A DNA stretch of 64,000 nt from Octopus vulgaris. Its lineage: Eukaryota. The position numbers and the translations under genes were made by a program. Below, one piece after another: positions 54,346 to 64,000 of the stretch. A model generated the notes under the pieces. The model did no database searches. It was not told where the DNA came from and was given only the letters and a program-made list of their open reading frames with translations. The first letter of the stretch is position 1; each line of letters begins with the position of its first letter. The DNA lies in contig OX597824.1 in the NCBI GenBank assembly GCA_951406725.2, positions 31,682,001 through 31,746,000 of the forward strand, given 5' to 3'.

Positions 54346-54569
54346 AACAACAACATCGAAAAATACCTTAGGAATGAGAACCCAGGTTCGAAATTTCCCC
54401 GAGACTCTTGATGAAGTCTGGAGGGTATATCAGCTGAAACGTGTTAACAACAAACAAGATGAGGACAAATATCTGTCAAATATAAATAATGTAAATAATG
54501 TTCATAATTCCTCATATCTTAAATATAGAACTGAAAAGACCACGTATAAAATATATATATATATATACA

Positions 54570-55310
54570 CATGGTCTGATCAATAAGTATCTGGACTGTT
54601 GCCATAGTAATGAAGCTAAAGTACACAGCAAAGTCAGTTGGCACAGATTAACCTTGGACTTTACTGTGCATGCACACTAAGTTTTAACGCTCTAGCTCAC
54701 TTCTGCTGTTTACAGCAGTGCTTGGAAGGAACGTGTGTAGCATGTAATCATCGCATTGACCATGACAGAGAAAGTTGAGCAGAGAATCTGCATCAAATTT
54801 TGCCAACAGCTTGGCGATAACTGCTCAGAGGCCTAAGTAAATGTCATGCTTGAATATGGACAAAGACCAGCAATAGTAAGAACATCCAGTCATAGAAATT
54901 TTGTCCAAATAAACTCTGCCCAGTTATGCAGGCATAAATATAATGATGATTATGATGAGAATATATGCTGTTACAAAGAGAAATGAGATGCCTTACAAAA
55001 GAGGGGTCTAGTCTTTCTCATTTACAAAATGAGCTCCCTTTAATTTTGCTCAGATTGCTTTCAAAGTTTTTCAAAAAGTTTTCATCCTTCTCAACACAGT
55101 CAAGGAGATCTTGTGCAACTCCAAGTGACTTTTTGATCAGCTAAAAGCAATTTTGGTACACCTTCCTTCCCAGCACTACTGTAAACAGCAGAAGTGAGCT
55201 AGAATGTTAAAACTTAGTGCACATGCACAGCAGAGTTCAAGGTCAACCTTTGCCAAGTGGTTTCACTCCGGCTGCTTTAGTTTCATTACTATAGCAGCAG
55301 TCTAGATACT
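54570..55310 (+). mobile_element. Mariner remnant with inverted partial terminal copy
   Basis: MTEKVEQRICIKFCQQLG from 54762 (mariner N-terminal HTH); 55170-55310 is the reverse complement of about 54590-54720. Confidence 0.7.
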
Positions 55311-55334
55311 AAGTGCTCATATATATATATTCTG

Positions 55335-55710
55335 TTATTCTTTTATTTGTTTCAGTCATATGACTGCTGCCATGCTGGAGCACCGCCTTTAGTTGAACAA
55401 ATTGATCCCTGAACTTATTCTTTGTAAGTCTAGTACTTATTCTATTGGTCCTTTTTGTTGAACCGCTAAGTTATGGGGACATAAACACACCAACATTGGT
55501 TGTCAAGCGATGGTGTGTGTGGGGGAAAACAGACACACAAATATATACACATATATATGACAGGTTTCTTTCAGTTTCCGTCTACCAAATCCATTCACAG
55601 GGCTTTGGTCGGCCCAAAGCTTATAGTAGAAGACACTTGCCTAAGGTGCCATGCAGTAGGACTAAACCTAAAGTGACTGGGAAGCAAGCTTCTTACCACA
55701 CAGCAACCCT
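55335..55710 (-). mobile_element. SINE family B
   Basis: Homologous to the 10383 copy. Confidence 0.8.
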
Positions 55711-55728
55711 TGGCCTAAAATAATTAGC

Positions 55729-55800
55729 CCTTCCAGCAGAGAATCGAACCATGGTCTCCTGCGTGACAGGCAGGGATACTTACCACTATACTACCGAGTT
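55729..55800 (-). pseudogene. tRNA-Asp(GTC) pseudogene
   Basis: AACTCGGTAGTATAGTGGTAAGTATCCCTGCCTGTCACGCAGGAGACCATGGTTCGATTCTCTGCTGGAAGG resembles eukaryotic tRNA-Asp; D and anticodon arms intact, acceptor and T stems broken. Confidence 0.8.
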
Positions 55801-56693
55801 AAAATTAATATCAATATTTCCAGCATGGCTGTGTGGTTAAGTAGTTTGCTTCCTAACCACATGGTTTCAGATTCAGTCCCACTCTGGGTTAGGGTCCCAT
55901 AGCCCCTTATGTATCCCTATATTTCCGTCTCCACTGCTCTTACACTTTGCACATACTTTTCAATTTCCTTCTTGAGCCACCTTATATCTCCTACCTTACC
56001 TTTCTCTACACTGGTATTTCCCATCATCTGCACCCCCAGCCTTGTTCGCCGCTCACTACGTTAACATCTTAACATTTACCACCACTTGCTTACTTCCCCT
56101 CATGCTATTATGAAAGCATCTGCTTTCATCCCCCCATATGTCCCACTGCCAGTAACCTCTCTTATGCTTACTTTCTTACTCCTTGAGAGTTTGCCCTAGA
56201 ACTTTATCACTACCTTGCTTTTTTCCTCCAGCCATATCTCTTCTATAGCAAGACACTTATGCTTGTGCTTCTATTATCTATCATACTTTGGCCTTTCAAC
56301 ATGACATAAAGCCACCCACTTCTATCCATCCCTCCAAAATATTTCCACTTCGTAGTGGGAACTTTTCCTCTTTTCATAAACATCTTACAAGTTTCATAGC
56401 AATCTCATTAATGCAGGTAGCACATAAAAAGCACCCATTACACTCTGTTAAGTGGTTGGCATTAGGAAGAGCATCCAGCAACTGAAACCATGTCAAAGAT
56501 GAGATGGAGTTTGATGCAGCCCTGCAGCTTACCAGTTTCCTGTCAGACTGTCCAACTCATGTCAGCATGGAGAGTGGACATTAAATGATGATGATGAAGA
56601 TGCTATATCTTTAATCTTCTTATTTGTTTGTCATTAGATGGCGGTACCACCTTCAAGAATTTTTAGTCAATTTTTAGTCAAATATATATATAT

Positions 56694-56737
<44 letters not shown>

Positions 56738-56741
56738 TTAC

Positions 56742-56780
<39 letters not shown>

Positions 56781-56788
56781 TTACATAT

Positions 56789-56819
<31 letters not shown>

Positions 56820-58339
56820 GATGGATTTCTACCTATCAAATCCACTCGCAAAGCTTTAGTCGGCCCAGGTCTATAGTAGAAGACACTTGCCCAAGGTGTC
56901 ATGCAGTGGGACTGAACCCAGAACCATGTGGTTGGGAAGCAAGCTTCTTAACTACACAGCTACACCTGCACCTATATATTTCCAAATCCATTTATATACA
57001 TATGTATGGGAAAGTAAGTGTTTGTCTCTTTGTTTAATCATTGCTCAATAGTTGTAAATTATTGTCACCACCATACAAGCTGTCTCATTCACTTACAAAT
57101 ATTCTACAAAAGCATGTTTTACCCTAAGTAAATGTCTTGCTTGGAAACAAACAAAGACCAGCAACAGTAAGAACAGCCAGTCATAGAAAGTTTATCCAAA
57201 TAAACTCTGCCCAACTATGCAAGCATAAATACAATGATGATGTTGAGAATATATGGTGTTACAAAGGGAAATGAGATGCCTTAGAGAAGAAGGATCTAGA
57301 CTTTCTCATTTGCAAAATGAGCCCTCTTTAATTTTGCTCAGATTGCTTTCAATTTTGGTGTATCAATGCAACTCTGAATTCTGGTTACAATCAACCAATT
57401 ATTTTATCTTGTAAATTAAAGAATCTGATGTTCCGTGTGTTTTATTTTAATATTTATGAATTATAATTTTATTATACATATTTGTCGCCAATTGTCTTAA
57501 TAATTTACATATTTTTCATACATAGTGGAAGTTATTTGTGATGTTTATACAGTTTCCCGGCATTATGAAGCTGAATGGATTATGTGAACTTAGTACAGAT
57601 AATTTGACATTATTTTTGAATTTTGCATGCAAAAACATACAAGATACAGGTATTCTTTTTCTTGGGACAAATCCTTTGTTGACTAGCGTTATTTTTCTTG
57701 TAGTTTACAAATCCAAACATGAAAATGTTACTTAACTTTGAAGTTTTGGAAACAGATGCCCCCTTTTCATACACACACACACACATTTATATATTAATGA
57801 TGAACACAAATACACAAGTATACATAATACTGAAATATGCATACAGTAAACACATACAGTCAAATATATTAATATAACAAACTAAAAAAAAATTAAAACA
57901 TACACTCAATGAGGAGACAAAAGAAATAGTAAGATGATACATGTTTATTTTATTAGGTATTTCTGTTTATTTAGAAACCTACAATGAAGATGTCATTGCA
58001 CAGACACTAACTATAAATTTCACAGGGTACAACCTTAAAATTGACACCTCTCTGCTAAACGCAGAAAATTTCTGTCTAGCTATTGGCTAAAAATACACAA
58101 GTTTTCGATTTTTAAACTCTGTAACTTTTTCCTCCAATTTTTTTCTCCACAACATCATACCTTCAAAGCGATTAGACTTGAAAACTTTATTATTAAAGTC
58201 GATTTTCAGAATTTTTACTCTTTTAAAAAAGCATATTTTATTAATGAAAAAAGCTAGATTTGAAAAAGAAGTAATTACAGAAATATCAAATTGCTTCACT
58301 GGGTCATGAAAGTTACAGCTCAACTAATTGGGATGAAAG

Positions 58340-58720
58340 TTCATGCCAGAGAGAAGCATTACTGATGCTCTCTTCTTAATGACACACTTGCAGGATAAGT
58401 ATTTAGCCAAAGGTAAGCAGCTGCACTTGGCTTTCTTTGACTTGAAGAAAGCTTTCAACAGAGTACCTCAATCCCTGATCTGGTGGTCACTGTGGAAGTT
58501 AGGAGTAGAAAAATGGCTGGTGAGAGTTGTCCAAGCCATGTCAGTAAGGTGAAAGTTAGCAATGAATACACCAATACACTTAAGTGCATAGATAATTCAT
58601 CAGGGTTCAGCTCTCAGTCCCTTCCTATTTATCAGTCCTCCAAGCCATAACAAAGACGTTTTTAAGACTAGTTGCCCATGAGAGCTCCTATGCTGATGAC
58701 CTTGTTCTTATAGCTAAATC
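58340..58720 (+). mobile_element. RTE-like RT remnant
   Basis: FFDLKKAFNRVP, HQGSALSP and YADD motifs. Confidence 0.75.
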
Positions 58721-59017
58721 TATGGTAGAAAGTCCAGTGTCCATATTTTAGATATAGTGTGATTATAGGGAGATATGACAGCTTTTTCTAGCAGGCTCAT
58801 GGACCACATACAAGCTTCTTTGTTTTGCATTTTGGAATGCAAGAGTTTGTCTTTTCTATGAAGATGATGGCCAAATAGTACATGAAGAGTATTTCTTTGA
58901 AAGACCTCTAGTAAGGGCTAGAAATTATTTGCAAATAAACTAATCCATATATTAACTGTTTAACTAAGATAAGATATCTAGTTAAATGTTCTTTTTACCA
59001 TAAATATGCCAAAAATA

Positions 59018-59253
59018 TAGGGTGTTCAAAAAGTCTCTCCACAGTGAATTTTTTTCATCCAAGATGTATTTCAAAATATGTGTAGAAGAGTCAACTTATA
59101 TATTGAAAAAGAAGGCCGACAGTTTCAATACCTCTTATAAAGTTTTTTAAAGTCTTGTAAAATCTAATATATTCTTTCACAGTCATATACCACCTTATAA
59201 ATATTTATTTTGCAATAAAATACTTACTGCGGAGAGACTTTTTGAACACCCTG
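59018..59253. mobile_element. Tc1/mariner-type MITE
   Basis: TIRs agggtgttcaaaaagtctctcc / ggagagactttttgaacaccctg flanked by TA. Confidence 0.8.
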
Positions 59254-60335
59254 TATAAAAATACTTTTTAGTATTCTTTGTAGATTTAATTGTTAATTAA
59301 AGAAAAACATTGAAGGAAAAAACAACAAATAAAGAATAAATAAGGGATAAATAAAATCAAATTAAAAATAAAGCCATTTAAATGATTTTAAAACTTTATT
59401 TATAGGCAACAAAATACAATTGATAATGTGACCCCGTGAGCTGCAAAAATATTTATCATCAAAATACTAATATAATAGTAATGTGCAGTAGTGGATACTT
59501 GGAACAAATCACAAACAAAATAAAAGAATAAAATAATCAAGAACTTTTAGCGAAAATATTATAAACTAAACATGCCCAAAAAGTAAGAATTATATTCTTG
59601 ATAGAATACAAAAAAGAACTGAACATGAATTAGTGCATATAAACTAGAAATTGTACTTATTTTGGTACAGATCAATTACTAGTAAAATAAGTACATCTAG
59701 ACATTGAAGTAAGGGATAGTTGGTACAAACATTTAAAAGGAGTATATCTGAAGATTAAGAAGGGAGAACAAAAAAGTAATGAATAACATGTTTTATTTGA
59801 GAAAAATAGAAAGTTGATGAAAATATGTAGTGTAATAATAAATTTCAGTGTTAAACACACTGACAGGTAATTTAACATTAAAGTATAGTTAGTATTAAAA
59901 GGCAGTTAGTGATGATACTTTGATATAACATAGCTCAGCTGATATGTTAATAGGGTCAGTTTCAGTGACAATAGTACATGTTGCCAAGGTTTGTTTAGAG
60001 TAACAATAGGATACAATGGTTGTTCATGTGTAAATATAAACACAACTACATATATAAACTATATAGTGCACCCTTCTCTCATATGTAAGCTGTATATATA
60101 AACTAGCAAAACAAGAAATGGGTAGGGGGATTCAGAATATTTTAGTAACTTTTATTGAATAAAATGTTTTAGCTAGAATACAATTTAAAATACAAATTTG
60201 ATGTATATAATTCATTTTAAAGATTTCTCAATTTCACAATATATGATGAATTTATTTTAAATGTATTCTTGTGGAGACATATTATGTATATATATATTTG
60301 TAACTGTTGGAAAATAAGAGAATTGCAAAAGCACT

Positions 60336-60401
60336 CTATGAGTTGATTGACGGGTTCACAAACTCTGTGGCCTGGTTGTGTTGCACAACAACAACACTAC
60401 T
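60336..60401 (-). CDS. Terminal exon of a convergent MS4A-like paralog (SSVVVVQHNQATEFVNPSINS*)
   Basis: Minus-strand ttattttttgtttctacAG acceptor, phase 0; peptide aligns to TTGIVIQQNQ...TAFVNPP of the + gene; TAG stop; AATAAA (minus) at 60151-60156. Confidence 0.7.
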   Translation of the reverse strand, partial: SSVVVVQHNQATEFVNPSINS

Positions 60402-61479
60402 CTGTAGAAACAAAAAATAAGAATTTTTAAAATTATTAAATCACTTTATACATAAAAAATATTTGTTAACAAAAAGGTATATTCATAAATTTCCACTCAT
60501 TTCTCTAAGAGAATATTTCTTTAAAATTTTTTTAAGTACATATTTTTTAATTTTGCATTTTAATTACAATTACTATTTCTTGTATTATGTGAAGAATTTT
60601 GAGTCATATCTACAAGTGCAACAACAACATACATTTTATTTGGCCATGGGACACACAACAGGGAGTTAATTACCAAGTCTAGACAGGACAGTCATAACAA
60701 AGGCAATAACATTGCTAACCACTCCACTCTCCCCCACTCCAGTAGATGTGAAAAGTAATGGATAAAGGAGGAGGGGGCAGGTGGCAGTATATGCCTCCAC
60801 CCTTGAAAGTGTGATGTTGGGGTAAGTGGGTGATAGTAATGGGAGGAGACAGGGTATTTGCTAGTGATGGTTGATGAAGATGGCAGCGATGGTTGTGCTA
60901 ATGGAGGTGGCTGAGATTATAACAGTGTATGGAAGAGATGGTGGTGAGGACGATGATGATGATTACAATGATGGTGGGAGTGGTGTAAGTAATGGTGATA
61001 ATAGACAATTGTGCACAGTGTATGAAGACCATGATGAAATAGGTGAGAGTGATTGTACTAAAAATGGTTATGTAAGTGGTAGTGGTTGGGCTAATGAGAA
61101 AAGGTGGAGCTTATGAAACAGGTGGTGGCAGAGAAGCATGGAGAAGTTGAAATGAAAACCAATGGTGGTGGTGGTGGTGATAGTGTCACATGCATTAAAG
61201 AGCAAGCATGAAAAAAAAAAACAACCATAAAGTGAGTGGATGGTCAGGTAGGTAGACAATTGAGGTGAAACTAGGACACACACATACACAAAGGGAAACA
61301 GAATTACGCAGAAATATACATCAGATACACACAAACATTAAATGGAGTCAATTATTTTAAAACTAGTTTAAGTATAACGGAACATTACTAATGGAGTGAC
61401 TGAGGATAAAGAATAGAGTTAAATTTACTGTCAAGTCCCAGTCAACCAGAACTAGCTAAATATACATATTTATATATAA

Positions 61480-61940
61480 GGCGGCAAGCTAGCAGAAACA
61501 TTAGCACTCTAGACGAAATGCTTAGTTGTATTTCGTCTGCCATTACGTTCTGAGTTCAAATTCTGCCGAGGTCGACTTTGCCTTTCATCCTTTCGAGGTC
61601 AATAAATTAAGTACCAGTTACGCACTGGGGTCAATGTAATCGACTTAATCCATTTGTCTGTCCTTGTTTGTCCCCTCTATGTTTAGCCCCTTGTGGGTAA
61701 TAAAGAAATAAAAGAATACACTTTAAAGGCAGCGAACTGGCAGAAACGTTAGCATGCCGGACGAAATGCGTAGCTGTATTTCGTCTGTCGTTAAGTTCCG
61801 AGTTCAACTTTGCCTTTCATCCTTTCGGGGTCGATAAATTAAGTACCAGTTACACACTGGGGTCGATATAATTGACTTAATCTGTTTGTCTGTCCTTGTT
61901 TGTCCCCTCTGTGTTTAGCCCCTTATGGGTAGTAAAGAAA
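61480..61940 (+). mobile_element. SINE family A tandem dimer
   Basis: Two consecutive units. Confidence 0.85.
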
Positions 61941-61962
61941 TATATACATATTTATATATATT

Positions 61963-62350
61963 CTTTTACTAGTTTCAGTCATTTGACTATGGCCATGTTA
62001 AAACATCACCATGAAGGGTTTTAGACGAACAAATTGACCCCAGTGCTTTTTTTTTTTAAAGCTGAGTACTGATTTTATTGGTCTCTTATACCAATCTGCT
62101 AAGTTACACAAACACAAACACACCAACACTAGTTGTCAAGCAGTAAGGGAACGGTGGGGTTTCATACACAGACACACACACAAATATATATATGATAGGC
62201 TTCCTTTCAGTTTCCATCTACCAAATCTACTCGCAAGGCTTTGACTGACTCAAGATTATAGAAGACACTTGCCAAAAGTGTCATGCAGTGGGAATGAACT
62301 TGGAACCATGTGGTTGGGAAGCAAGCTTCTTACCACACAGCCACACTTGC
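61963..62350 (-). mobile_element. SINE family B (diverged)
   Basis: Homologous to the 10383 copy. Confidence 0.75.
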
Positions 62351-63241
62351 ACATTATACTTTACACACACACATACACACATATATACAAATATATATAG
62401 CTTGGTAAAGGCAGCTTCTCTTGGGTTTAAATGTACACTATTTTACATTGAAAATATGTTGTCCATTGACTTTTTTATACATACTAGGCCACTTGTAGTG
62501 AAATTTCTAAAAAACTCGATGCCCTATATATTTTACGTATATGTCTTAGCAATTTCAGAAAATTAGTTCAGCATTTTTTCATTTGCTGCCGACTGAAACT
62601 GCGCAAATTATTGCGGTAATTTCCAAAATGAAATTCGAAACCTAGGTATTATCGTAAGAGAAATAACAAATTAAAAGTTTTTGATTTTCATTCTCTTCGA
62701 AAATGCTCTTAAATGGGGTTTTGGTCATTTTGACTGCTTCTTCTAGCATGTAAAGCTGCTTGTTAAAGGCAGCTTCACTTATGCTTAAATGTAAACTATT
62801 TTATATATATAAATATATATATAAAAACAAGTATACATATATATACAAACATATATACGTACATGTATATACAGATATATATATACATATGTCTTCCCTT
62901 CTCTGGATCTTTCCTTCTCCTATGTTTCCGACAAAGAGCTCCGCTCGAAACATTAAACCCCCCTTCTTTCCTTCTTTCCTGAGCGTCCAATAATACTATA
63001 TTTGTTCCACGTCCTCACGTTGTGTTTTTTTGTGCTTTCATGTTTGGATTAACTCCACATAATATATATACATATATATGTATATACATATATATACATG
63101 TATACATATATATCTATATATATATATATATACATATATATATACACACACATATATACATACATATACATATATATATATATACACACACATACATACA
63201 TATATAAATATACATATATATCCATATATATATTTATATAC

Positions 63242-63282
<41 letters not shown>

Positions 63283-63507
63283 TACATATATAAATATACA
63301 TATATATCCATATATATATATTTATATATATATACATATATATTTGTATATATACATATATTTATATATATGTATATATATATAAATATATATGTATATA
63401 TATATTTATATATATATACACATATACATATATTTATATATATTATATATATATAATAATAATATATATTAATTAAATAAATAAATAAAAAAATAAAAAT
63501 AAAAATA

Positions 63508-63554
<47 letters not shown>

Positions 63555-64000
63555 TTATAAATATAAATTAATAATTCTAAATTTTTAACTTTAAATTTAA
63601 ATAATTTAAATTTTGAATTTTATATTTTATTTTTTGTTTATTATATTAAATAATTTTATTTCTATGTTTTGGTTTATGTTTTTCACTGTTTGATTTGCCT
63701 AATAGTGGTTTTATCTCTAATTTAATTTATATATATATAAATTTCCTGAGCGTCCAATAATGCTATATTTGTTCCACGTCCTCGCGTTGTTGTCTTTTTG
63801 TGCTTTCTTTTTGGGATTAACTTTATGTATACATATATATATATACACACACACACACATACACACATATATATATATATATACATATACATGTATATAT
63901 ATATACATATATATCCATATACCTATATATACACATATATATATACAAATACATAAATTATATATATACATACATAGCATGGGTTGGATGATTTAACTGA

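Noticed and set aside
54404-54447. Hammerhead-like ttgatga..gaaacg motif
   Set aside because: Core (U3 with G8), stem I and stem III are damaged; treated as a decayed Penelope-type terminus
60601-60650. Minus-strand CCCC that might be exon 4 of the paralog
   Set aside because: In-frame TAA three codons upstream and no TM4; looks like AATAAA plus a (TTG)n tail
63440-63740. Extremely AT-rich stretch near the window end
   Set aside because: Low complexity and possibly low-quality consensus; no interpretable feature

Overview
AT-rich, microsatellite- and transposon-dense eukaryotic DNA. The SINE families, (TTAGGG)-like tracts and repeat landscape look like an octopod (Octopus-type) genome; this is an inference. 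I can assemble one host gene by hand on the + strand: five coding exons (27872-28048, 30963-31034, 36838-36927, 38717-38836, 43031-43204), all introns GT-AG and phase 0. It encodes a 210-aa four-transmembrane CD20/MS4A-like protein with a CCCC motif and a (YPPNAA)4 tail. A terminal exon of a convergent paralog, not in the ORF track, lies on the - strand at 60336-60401. The rest is mobile DNA: a nearly intact R4/Dong-like RLE LINE (about 17343-21505) plus fragments, all beside (TAA)n; Tx1/L1, CR1/L2, RTE, Gypsy and Penelope (GIY-YIG) remnants; non-autonomous Helitrons; Merlin- and mariner-type elements; tRNA-derived SINEs; and a tRNA-Asp pseudogene. The most unusual signal is more than a dozen type I hammerhead-ribozyme motifs in short non-coding repeats, mostly next to (TA)n. 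They include a tandem 598-nt unit bounded by two canonical hammerheads (retrozyme or Penelope pLTR-like), a circularly permuted relative forming a 404-bp intronic inverted repeat, and several copies with a compensatory U3:A8 core. All calls were made by eye and boundaries of degenerate repeats are approximate.
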